In this document: piece after piece, positions 19,080 through 27,593 of the stretch
Numbering within the stretch: the stretch's first letter is position 1
How the letters are laid out: each line of letters opens with the position of its first letter
From: Candidatus Latescibacterota bacterium
GTDB lineage: Bacteria > Latescibacterota > UBA2968 > GCA-2709665
Length of the DNA: 64,000 nucleotides
Direction: 5' to 3'
Assembly (NCBI GenBank): GCA_965237675.1
Contig: OZ250150.1
Location: 4,736,001 to 4,800,000 of the forward strand
The notes under the pieces: model-generated
The model's database searches: none
What the model was told of the DNA's origin: nothing
Seen by the model: only the letters and a program-made list of their open reading frames with translations
Made by a program: the position numbers and the translations under genes

Positions 19080-21338
19080 TCAGAACTCAGCGGCAATCAT
19101 CGCGTACTGTCCAATGTTCGTTAATATGGTTTCCAAGTGGTTTCCGTCGAACGTGACCTCCAGGTCATCTCCCGTGCAAACGTCCCACACGCGACGAGGA
19201 GTGCCCCGCTCCGTGAGCTGCCAGCGCAGGTTCACTTCGGGTATCGTGGTCACATAGTCAAACTGTGGGCTGAAGCGCGGCCAGATCCCCGGCAGATGCT
19301 CGACGCGCTCGCCGGTGTGATTGATCAGAAACAACACTTGGCTTCCCGGTTTCTCATTCGGAATCATCACGAGTTGGTTCGGGCCATCGGTCATCAGAGG
19401 CCGGCCCTCCGGGTAGAGCCAATCCACCACGGCGCCCAGAAGATCGCGGACCACCAGCAGGCGATATTCGAAATGAAGCTCCTCCACCGGCGCGGCCAGA
19501 TAGACGACGCGGCCCTTGCCAACCGTCCGGCAGGTGACGGCGGGACACAGAGCGTCGTCCTCGCGCCCGCCGAAGACGATGTTCGCCACCACGTCGGTTC
19601 CCGGCCGCGCTTGGACGAACTCGAACCGATTGAGCGGCCACAGCTCATGCGAGCACCCCTCGGCCAGCCATTGACCTGGAACGCAGCAGCCGTACGTGTC
19701 GAACGTCCCGGCGGCCCAGAGGTGTTGTTCGTAATCAGCGAATTGGTCGGGGTTCGGGTCCACGCGGTCCACGCCCAGAAGGTCCGCCAAGGCGAAGTTG
19801 TCGCGCATCTCATCGGGCTCGGCACCGTACAGGCTCGTCCGGTACGTCGCCAGGAGCCGCCCGCCCGCCTTCACATATTCCGTGATGCCTTCGACTTCCT
19901 CCCGCGTGAGATGGCCGACGTTGGGCAGAAGCAGAACGGGATACTTTGCCAACGCCGCTGGATCGGAGAGAACCCGCTCCTCGATCACCGATGTCGGCAA
20001 ATGGTTGGCCAGCATGGTCGAGAAGGCCCCGCGACGGCAGGATTGCTGCGGGGGCGTGCGCACGAGATAGCCCGCCTCGGAGAGCGGGGCCTCGAGCTCC
20101 CCCGGACGGTCGGCGAGGTCCTGCTTGGACTGGCCGATGACATCGTGCCGACGATCGCGCATCACCAGGGGCTCGGCGCGGAACCGCACCCGCTCGAGCA
20201 TCTCATACACCCGCACCGGCAAAACAAACGGAATAGCAACAAACGGTGACGGGTGGAGATCTTCGAAGAGTGATTCGTTCCTCTCCAGGATCTCAAGGAA
20301 CTCCGCCAGCTCACGATTGGCTTTATGGGGAGGCGACAGCCAAAGGTTCACGCCGCACGCCACCAGGACGGCCCCTCCGGAAGCAAAGCTGGCTGCCGCC
20401 TCCTCGACGAGTTCCATGCCGAAGCACTGCGCCCGCGACCAGCCCGTCAAGGCGCCGACGTATTGCCACATGGCCCAACCCGACGACTCGGCCAGACTGG
20501 CCGCCTCGAGCCGATGAAGGAAGTCGCCCCCGGCCTCGTAGAGGAATCCATCGTGCACCTCCACGATCCTGCGTTCGGGCCAGTCGCCCACACCCTGGCC
20601 GTGCGTCAGCACCGGGATGTCCTTCTTCTTTCGCGTCGCGGCGACGAATTCGAGAAAGACATCGCCGACGATCCTGCCGTACTGCAGGCTCCACTCTTCC
20701 AGCATCTCCTGGTCTTCCCGAGGCAGGCTGTGCGGATCGGGTGCATACGGCATTGGGCAGCCGAATTGCCTCTCGAACTTCTCGAGGCAATAGTCGCAGT
20801 AGCACAAGGGCGACTGCGGGGTGTGGTGCGAATGGTAAGGACAGGCAGAATCGGTGTAGATCGCGTCGACGTCGTGGTCCACCACTTGTGCGATGAAAGC
20901 GCAGATGGCCTCTCGGTACGGTGTGTTGAAGCAGACGTGCCGGTGAAATCCGCCGCCGTGGTGCCTCAGGACAGGAGCGTCGCCTTCGGGGCTGGGGCGG
21001 TACATCCACTCCGGATGATGGATCAGCATGTTGTCTTCGGGAATAATGTGCCCCACGGGAATGTACCCGATGACGCGCACGTCCCGCGCATGGGCCTCGG
21101 CGATGGTCTCGGCGAGCAGGTCGCGCTCACTTAATTGAGGGTGCGGGGGAAAGAACTCATTGGGGAAGACCGCCCATTTGCCCGCGCTGCCGAACCAAAT
21201 GGCGTTGGCGTGGTATTTCCGCACGACATCGACGAGCTGCTTCGCGTCAAAGTCGATGTCGGGCCAGAAGGGCGGGTGGTATTGCTCTATCTGAAAGGTG
21301 CGCGCCCGCCGTACCCACTCGTGACTTGGCTTGATCAT
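19080..21338 (-). CDS. Glycoside-hydrolase-like protein (GHL6/GH42-like TIM barrel plus beta-galactosidase trimerisation domain)
   Basis: HPQLSERDLLAETIAEAHARDVRVIGY, CFNTPY, CYCDYC..KF, YPVLLLPN..YVKAGGRLLAT, GKGRVVYL; GGAGG RBS before ATG 21338. Confidence 0.75.
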   Translation of the reverse strand: MIKPSHEWVRRARTFQIEQYHPPFWPDIDFDAKQLVDVVRKYHANAIWFGSAGKWAVFPNEFFPPHPQLSERDLLAETIAEAHARDVRVIGYIPVGHIIPEDNMLIHHPEWMYRPSPEGDAPVLRHHGGGFHRHVCFNTPYREAICAFIAQVVDHDVDAIYTDSACPYHSHHTPQSPLCYCDYCLEKFERQFGCPMPYAPDPHSLPREDQEMLEEWSLQYGRIVGDVFLEFVAATRKKKDIPVLTHGQGVGDWPERRIVEVHDGFLYEAGGDFLHRLEAASLAESSGWAMWQYVGALTGWSRAQCFGMELVEEAAASFASGGAVLVACGVNLWLSPPHKANRELAEFLEILERNESLFEDLHPSPFVAIPFVLPVRVYEMLERVRFRAEPLVMRDRRHDVIGQSKQDLADRPGELEAPLSEAGYLVRTPPQQSCRRGAFSTMLANHLPTSVIEERVLSDPAALAKYPVLLLPNVGHLTREEVEGITEYVKAGGRLLATYRTSLYGAEPDEMRDNFALADLLGVDRVDPNPDQFADYEQHLWAAGTFDTYGCCVPGQWLAEGCSHELWPLNRFEFVQARPGTDVVANIVFGGREDDALCPAVTCRTVGKGRVVYLAAPVEELHFEYRLLVVRDLLGAVVDWLYPEGRPLMTDGPNQLVMIPNEKPGSQVLFLINHTGERVEHLPGIWPRFSPQFDYVTTIPEVNLRWQLTERGTPRRVWDVCTGDDLEVTFDGNHLETILTNIGQYAMIAAEF

Positions 21339-21700
21339 AGCGATGACCTCCAAAATCTGTACCGTCTTTTTTTACCCGCAGAGCCCGCGGAGAACGCAGA
21401 GAACGGCCTTCCATGATTCACGGCCGCTCATCATGATCGAGAAGCCGAGAAATATCAGGCTGAACCCAGCCAGCAGCAGCCCAAGCTCGGCTGTCGCCGT
21501 CAACTCAGGATCGTCCCGAGCAACAGGAGCAAAGTCAGAGAATGGACGAAAAACGCTCTGGTTGCCAGCGCTCCCACGTTTAACCCGAGGACCTCAACGA
21601 CCCTCCCCGCTGTCATGAGGATGGAAGCAGGAGTGCAGGTAACGCCGCAACCAGAGCGGCACGGAGGTCATTCGCAGTCATTGGTTTCGACTGGCATGGC

Positions 21701-21834
21701 TGCTAACTACGGGATTACCGAACAGTTACGGTAATGCGTACCTGATCCGAAGATCTGCGAACGTTCGGGAACATCCCACTTTGAAGCTTGTAGCCCGAAC
21801 ATGTTCAGGAATGCTTCCTATGGTGGCATCGTCT
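21701..21834 (-). other. attI-like primary recombination site 1
   Basis: Single GTTAGCA core (21707-21701) with no attC hairpin; palindromes ATTACCG-N8-CGGTAAT, CGAACGTTCG, GAACATGTTC; lies between the integrase stop and the first cassette; conserved at 24144-24278. Confidence 0.75.
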
Positions 21835-22836
21835 CTAACCAAAAACTGCCCCCCTTTCTTCCATCAATGCATCCAGCGGGCTCTGGATTTTCGCGAGATC
21901 CCGATTCGTCACCCGAGTATAGATCTGTGTGGTTTTTGGGCTTGCATGCCCCAGCAACACCTGGATATATCGCAGGTCGGTCCCGCGTTCAAGCAGGTGT
22001 GTCGCAAAGGAATGCCGTAGCGTATGTATCGATATCCGCTTGTTAATATTGGCTTTCTTGCAAGCCCGGTCAAATGCTTTCTGAACTGATCGCTCGGTCA
22101 AATGCCGTCCCGGCCTTGCGCCCGGGAACAACCATGTTTCGGGTGGATATTGGCGCCTGTAGTCTTGAACCGCCTTCTGTGCGACCGCGGAGAGCATTGT
22201 GTAGCGATCCTTCCGGTGCTTGCCCTGACGAACATGAACCAGCTTTCGGTCCAGGTCGATGTCTTCGACCTTTAGCCGGACCACTTCACCCAATCGGAGG
22301 CCTCCGGAATAGGTCAACAGAATGATCGCCCGATGCTTCAGGTTTTCTACCGCATCCAGTAACCGAAGCACTTCGGGCCGGCTCAACACAGTGGGCAATT
22401 TGTGCTCTTTTTTCGGACGGGGCAGGTTTTCAAGCGGATGCTGATCTTTCAACACTCGAAGGAACAGGAATTTCAATGCACTTACGCACTGATTGACGTA
22501 ACTGTGCGAGGCTCCCGTTTCAAGGAGGTGATACACGTAATTTCGGACCTCCATCTCCCCAAAAGATCGAGGTGCCTTGCGGCAATAATTGGCAAATCGT
22601 CTGACGTGACCAAGGTACGCTTTTCGCGTTTTCGCGCGATACCCCCTGGGTTGTCTCACTCTATATTGGCACGTAGGGAAGGCCGGTTGTTCATCTGCCA
22701 TAAGCATTCGCGCATCGGTAACTGAGCGCATTCGGGGGCTGAAAAGCTTAAAGAGAATCCCCACAAAAACGGGAGCAAGAATGAGCAAAGCAATCACTAC
22801 AATTGAAGGATCGGGAACCATCGAATTCCCTTGCAA
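21835..22836 (-). CDS. Tyrosine recombinase (N-terminal SAM-like domain, integron-integrase-related), lacking the IntI-specific insertion; N-terminus apparently chimeric
   Basis: RGY..KTRKAYLGHVRRF N-domain; catalytic GLRLGE (R), GKHRKDR (K), [13 protein letters not shown] (HxxR), LLGH and TQIYT (Y) all intact. Confidence 0.9.
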   Translation of the reverse strand: MQGNSMVPDPSIVVIALLILAPVFVGILFKLFSPRMRSVTDARMLMADEQPAFPTCQYRVRQPRGYRAKTRKAYLGHVRRFANYCRKAPRSFGEMEVRNYVYHLLETGASHSYVNQCVSALKFLFLRVLKDQHPLENLPRPKKEHKLPTVLSRPEVLRLLDAVENLKHRAIILLTYSGGLRLGEVVRLKVEDIDLDRKLVHVRQGKHRKDRYTMLSAVAQKAVQDYRRQYPPETWLFPGARPGRHLTERSVQKAFDRACKKANINKRISIHTLRHSFATHLLERGTDLRYIQVLLGHASPKTTQIYTRVTNRDLAKIQSPLDALMEERGAVFG

Positions 22837-22977
22837 CTGGTCAACCCTGAGCCCGGATTCTGTAATAGAGATTGGCTATCTGTGTACAAGCTAGACGTCT
22901 GTCGGAAGGTCTTTGTTATCGTGTTCAAATAGAAACCGGTGGATCTGTCAAGAACGAAAACGGCGCTGACATTCGTT

Positions 22978-23310
22978 CTAATCTTGCGTTTTCGTTTTAT
23001 GGGAAGCACCCACAGTCTCGTGGGTCTCCTTTAGTTCATCGCCTATCATGTCTATGCGGTTCGTCACTACAGAGATAGTCTGAACTCTCTCGTCGATACT
23101 TTCGATTGTCGAAAGGAGAGCCATAGAAGTGCCGCCCTGTTCACGCACTAGCTCGCTCTGTAACTGCAACTCGGTTAAGACGTGCTCCATTCGCGCACTG
23201 GCTTGCGACAACTGTCCTCGCATCGCCTCGATTTGAGCTAGTTGGCTTTCCTCTATGCCGCACGACTTAATCGAGGTTACGAGTAGAAGGAGGAATCCAC
23301 TCAATCCCAC
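22978..23310 (-). CDS. Hypothetical membrane-anchored coiled-coil protein (possibly 5'-truncated)
   Basis: Hydrophobic N-terminus followed by a Q/E/L-rich helix; no clear RBS. Confidence 0.4.
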   Translation of the reverse strand: MGLSGFLLLLVTSIKSCGIEESQLAQIEAMRGQLSQASARMEHVLTELQLQSELVREQGGTSMALLSTIESIDERVQTISVVTNRIDMIGDELKETHETVGASHKTKTQD

Positions 23311-23513
23311 CGTCGCGCTGAACTTTAATACATCTAGGATCGTCGTCTAGAGGGTAAAGCCATAACGGGGCCGACATAACCTTCTTTTGGCTTTCTTGAT
23401 TTTGACCTCCAAAAACTTCCAAGATAAAATAAATCGGCGGTATTAAGTCAAACCGCCGAGGTGGAGAGTTACTTTTTCTTCTCTATGAGCTACAGAAAAA
23501 AGAAACTTCCCAC

Positions 23514-23759
23514 TCAGGCCGTAACTTTGACAATACTGTAGAGAAATTCAGGTGCGAAGTCGGCTTCATTCTCCCACATTATCGTATGTAGGTCAGGGTG
23601 AACTCGGAATTTCTTGAATTCCTCTTTATCCTTCAACGACTCAAAAACGGGACCCCATAGTTCATCTTTCAACTCTACCTCTCCCTCCACACCATCACTG
23701 AATTTGAGCCAGATCACATAGTCGCCTACATAGTGAGCTTCAATCACACGGGGTATCAT
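23514..23759 (-). CDS. DUF2442 family protein, copy 2
   Basis: Same as 11883-12152 but with an intact TGA. Confidence 0.85.
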   Translation of the reverse strand: MIPRVIEAHYVGDYVIWLKFSDGVEGEVELKDELWGPVFESLKDKEEFKKFRVHPDLHTIMWENEADFAPEFLYSIVKVTA

Positions 23760-23763
23760 CTTC

Positions 23764-24021
23764 TCACTCCAAGGGTGCAATTTTATTCAACGGACGACGC
23801 TGCTCTGCGCGTTCCCAATTCTCCATCAGTTCTCTTTGGTGCAGATCATACCATTCCAGAACATGCCTCAGAGCCCGTCTAGGAAATTGGCCTGTCACAA
23901 CGCCTGTCTCAATATCGACCGTGATGTCATATTCACCGTATGTGGCGTGAAAATGGGGTGGTCCGTGCTCACGATAAAACATACCAATCACGATCCCAAG
24001 AAATCGACTAATCTCCGGCAT
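23764..24021 (-). CDS. DUF4160 family protein, copy 2
   Basis: One amino-acid difference from copy 1. Confidence 0.9.
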   Translation of the reverse strand: MPEISRFLGIVIGMFYREHGPPHFHATYGEYDITVDIETGVVTGQFPRRALRHVLEWYDLHQRELMENWERAEQRRPLNKIAPLE

Positions 24022-24143
24022 AATTATATTTTACAATAATTTATAGGAAAATGCAACTACTTAATGACTTGCGCTTCAGGGTAGGGCTGGGGTTGTCTTT
24101 TGCCCCCTTTTCGATAAGGAATCAGACAAAAAAACCGCATGGC

Positions 24144-24278
24144 GGCTAACTAAGGTATTACCGAACAGTTACGGTAATACGTAACAGATCTGAGAATCTC
24201 CGAACGTTCGGGAACATCCCACCTTGAAGCTTGCAGCCCGAACATGTTCAGAAATGCTGTCCTATGGTGGCATCGTCT
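24144..24278 (-). other. attI-like site 2
   Basis: Homologous to 21701-21834 from immediately after AAC; GTATTACCG-N8-CGGTAATAC, CGAACGTTCG and GAACATGTTC retained. Confidence 0.75.
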
Positions 24279-24501
24279 CTAATCAATACCTGCCTCCCTT
24301 TCATCCATCAATGCATCCAGCGGACTCCGGATCTTTGCGAGATCCCGATTCGTCACCCGAGTATAGATCTGTGTGGTCTTTGGGCTTACGTGCCCGAGCA
24401 ACACCTGGATATATCGCAGGTCCGTCCCGCGTTCAAGCAGGTGTGTCGCAAAGGAATGCCGTAGCGTGTGTATCGATATCCGCTTGTTAATATTGGCTTT
24501 T
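24279..24501 (-). pseudogene. C-terminal stub of a second, closely related tyrosine recombinase
   Basis: [45 protein letters not shown]; homology to 21835-22836 ends near 24501. Confidence 0.85.
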
Positions 24502-24603
24502 CTCGAAATCCGGTCAATCGTTTTCTGTACCAACTGCTCGTTGAATTGTCTCTCCAGCCTCGCGCCGAAACGTCAACCGGCGGTCACTCTTACCGCGCCA
24601 ACA

Positions 24604-25350
24604 TCACCTGTCCCCCCACCTATTGCGCAACTCGATGACGGTCAGCATGGTCACCTCCCCGGTGGGGTCTAATCCGGCATCGGCCTGAAACTTTTTCAAC
24701 GCCTCCCGGGTGGCCTCGTTCAGGACCCCGTCAACCGGTCCGGTGTCGTATCCCATCCGATTCAGGATCGTCTGCACCTCGTAGTTGTGCTCCGGCCCGG
24801 CGGGAATATCCGACTCCGATTCGGGTTCTTCCTGCTTCTCTTCAACCACCGCCGTATCCTCAGAGATCAGCACCCAGCGCAGGAGGCGGATCTCAAAGAG
24901 TACGGCCGCGGCTCCAACAATCCATAGCAGGCCGAATAGCAGCGCAATCCCCCATCGAATTGCCGGGTCCCCTTCCCCGCCAGCCGCCGGGTCGGAGCGA
25001 TCGAATACTTCGGGCGCAATCAGATAGCGCAGGCACAACCAGAGGCCGACATGCAGGAACGCGAGAACGATCGGCGTTCGGACCGGGACCCTGAGAGGCG
25101 ACCGTACAGGGCGCCAGAACCGGGCGATTGCAAGTGTCCAGAGATCGACCAGCGTCAGAAACAGAGGCAATCCCGCGAGGAAGCCGACGGCCCGATCCGC
25201 GGTATCGGCGCCCCGCATCCATGCCCACCATGCCGCGGCCAGAAACGCCACCGCCAGCACGGTCCATGTGCCAACACGAAGCAGCAAGGCGGCCCGTGAC
25301 CGCTCGGGTCTGGGCGTGGACGCGCCGGATTCAGGTTGAAGTCGGTTCAT
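24604..25350 (-). CDS. Membrane protein with C-terminal peptidoglycan-binding (PG_binding_1) domain
   Basis: About four TM segments, then VQTILNRMGYDTGPVDGVLNEATREALKKFQ..GLDPTG. Confidence 0.8.
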   Translation of the reverse strand: MNRLQPESGASTPRPERSRAALLLRVGTWTVLAVAFLAAAWWAWMRGADTADRAVGFLAGLPLFLTLVDLWTLAIARFWRPVRSPLRVPVRTPIVLAFLHVGLWLCLRYLIAPEVFDRSDPAAGGEGDPAIRWGIALLFGLLWIVGAAAVLFEIRLLRWVLISEDTAVVEEKQEEPESESDIPAGPEHNYEVQTILNRMGYDTGPVDGVLNEATREALKKFQADAGLDPTGEVTMLTVIELRNRWGDR

Positions 25351-25466
25351 TTACGGTACTCCGCTCGGGGCATACTTCCGCATAGCCCTTCCAGGACGCT
25401 GTTCACTTGGCTATATTGTACGGTACCCGGCCCCATCGTGTCCGGAAATGAAACGGATTACGAACC

Positions 25467-27593
25467 ATGCGTCCACAATCCGAAATCCTCGCGGTCGAAC
25501 TGATCAATGGGAACCAGATGGCGTTCTACACCCGCGCCGGACGCGAGACCCATCCATTTTCGCCGTGGTTGCTGGTCGAGGCGCCGGAGGAGTGCGACCG
25601 CGCCGGCCTCTCCGGCGTCCGAAAAATAGCGCGTCTCAAGGGCGGCGGCCAGCTTCGGTTTCTGGTCCACTTCCACTCCTGGACCGATTATCTGGATGCC
25701 CGGGGACAACTGTCCGCGGACGGCGTTGCCCATTTCGACTTCAACAATCCGGTTAAACAACACCTGCTGCTCTCCGGAAACACGCTCTTTCGGGGCATGC
25801 GTTACAACGACGTCCACCGCCTTCAGCTGGATATCGAAACCACCGGCCTCAACCCCGAAGCGCCGGGGGCAGGTATTATTCTGATTGCGCTTTCCGACAA
25901 TAGAAGCTACGAGGAAGTGCTCGGCGCCCGAGGGATGTCCGAAGGCGCACTCCTCGAGGTCCTCAATCAGTGCATTCGGAGCCGCGACCCCGATATTATC
26001 GAAGGCCACAACATCTTTGACTTCGACCTCACCTACATCCAGGTTCGCGCCCGGGCCCTCAACGTCAACCTGACCTGGGGCCGGGACGGCTCCGAACTGA
26101 AAGCCGGGAACGGCTTGCGCCGATACCGGGTGGGCGCCCGCAGTCGCACCTTTCGTCCGGCCTACATTCACGGCCGCCACATTATTGACACCTATCACCA
26201 GGTCCAGCGATACGACATTGGCGGGCGCCTGGAGAGTTACGGCCTGAAGAACGTCGTTCGCGCGCTCGGCCTGGAGCGCGGGAACCGTGTCTTCGTCGAG
26301 GGGGCCGACATCCAGAAAACCTGGCGCAGCGACCCGGGCCGGGTGGTGAACTACGCGCTGGACGACGTCCGTGACGTTCGCGCGTTGAGCGAAATGGTCG
26401 CCACCACCGAATTCTACCAAACCCAGGTGCTGCCCTATCGGTTTCAGGACGTCGCGATTATCGGGCCCGGCGAAAAGATCAATGCCCTGATGATCGGGGC
26501 CTACCTCCGCCGGGGCCTCGCCGTTCCTCGGCCTCAGCACGCGGAGTCGTTTGGGGGAGGATATACCGAACTGTTTGACTCGGGCATCTTCAGCCGGGTT
26601 GTCAAGGCCGACGTGGAGAGCCTCTACCCTTCCATCATGTTAAACTACGGCATCCGACCCGGTTCCGATACGGAAAACGTATTCCTGCCCATGCTGCAGC
26701 GCCTGACCGGACGACGCCTCGAGGCCAAATCCAGCCTGAATGATGCCGAAACCGATGCCGACCGGTCCTACTGGGACGGACTGCAGGGAAGCTATAAGAT
26801 CCTGATCAACTCGTTCTACGGATACCTGGGGTACGGAAGGGCGAATTTCAACGACTATACGGCGGCGGCACGCATCACAAGCCTTGGCCAGCAGATTGCC
26901 CGGCAGGTTGTGGCGATGCTGCGGGAAAGGAACGCCCGGCTCATCGAAGCGGATACCGACGGCGTGTATTTCGTCCTGCCCCCCGGAATCGACACGGAAC
27001 GGGAAGAACACCTGTTCATCGAAGCACTCTCCGGAGAACTGCCAGAGGGCATCCACCTATCCCACGACGGCCGGTTCCGGGGTATGATCAGCCTCAAGGC
27101 CAAAAACTATATTCTGGTTGATTACGACGGTCGCCTGATCATCAAAGGCAGCAGTCTGCGCAGCCGGCGCGACGAGCGCGTTTTCCGTGAATTTGTCCGG
27201 AAGCTGGCCCCGCTGCTTATCAACCGACAGTCCGATGCCGCGTCGGCCCTATACATGGAATTCGCCGACCGCCTGCAGGCGGGTCAATTCGATCACAGAG
27301 AATTCTGCCGAAGGGAAAGCATCACCGAAAAGACGTTTTCGAATCCGAACCTGCGTCGGCTGGCCGCGGCCGCAGAGGGATGTGAAGTGGGAGACAGGAT
27401 TGCCGTCTACCAGAGAAACGACGGCAGCCTCGCGCGAATTGAAACCTACGCCAACGACGAAGACAGACGCTATCTGCTACGAAGACTGCACGATATGGCC
27501 GGACGCTTCCGTGCCCTCTTCGACGAAGCCGAGTTCGATCGGCTTTTTCCTCTCCTGAAACAATCCGCGAGTGAGCAACTCAGCCTGTTCTAG
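25467..27593 (+). CDS. polB: Family B DNA polymerase with 3'-5' exonuclease
   Basis: ExoI DIET, ExoII GHNIFDFD, ExoIII YALDD; polymerase motifs DVESLYPS, KILINSFYG, DTDG; C-terminal QLSLF. Confidence 0.92.
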   Translation: MRPQSEILAVELINGNQMAFYTRAGRETHPFSPWLLVEAPEECDRAGLSGVRKIARLKGGGQLRFLVHFHSWTDYLDARGQLSADGVAHFDFNNPVKQHLLLSGNTLFRGMRYNDVHRLQLDIETTGLNPEAPGAGIILIALSDNRSYEEVLGARGMSEGALLEVLNQCIRSRDPDIIEGHNIFDFDLTYIQVRARALNVNLTWGRDGSELKAGNGLRRYRVGARSRTFRPAYIHGRHIIDTYHQVQRYDIGGRLESYGLKNVVRALGLERGNRVFVEGADIQKTWRSDPGRVVNYALDDVRDVRALSEMVATTEFYQTQVLPYRFQDVAIIGPGEKINALMIGAYLRRGLAVPRPQHAESFGGGYTELFDSGIFSRVVKADVESLYPSIMLNYGIRPGSDTENVFLPMLQRLTGRRLEAKSSLNDAETDADRSYWDGLQGSYKILINSFYGYLGYGRANFNDYTAAARITSLGQQIARQVVAMLRERNARLIEADTDGVYFVLPPGIDTEREEHLFIEALSGELPEGIHLSHDGRFRGMISLKAKNYILVDYDGRLIIKGSSLRSRRDERVFREFVRKLAPLLINRQSDAASALYMEFADRLQAGQFDHREFCRRESITEKTFSNPNLRRLAAAAEGCEVGDRIAVYQRNDGSLARIETYANDEDRRYLLRRLHDMAGRFRALFDEAEFDRLFPLLKQSASEQLSLF

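Larger units (their letters stand above)
23353..24150 (-). repeat. Near-identical duplicate of the TA cassette 11746-12543
   Basis: Constant offset of 11607 bp with few substitutions; identity stops at the AAC core on one side and 29 bp short of the attC R'' box on the other. Confidence 0.9.

Noticed and set aside
21714-21806. Gram-positive-type LexA (GAAC-N4-GTTC) boxes
   Set aside because: Spacers are 0-2 nt rather than 4, and the motifs lie downstream of the integrase gene.
21835-27593. Prophage, casposon or pipolin (integrase plus PolB)
   Set aside because: No structural genes, cas1, terminal repeats or att duplication; the PolB has a host clamp motif.
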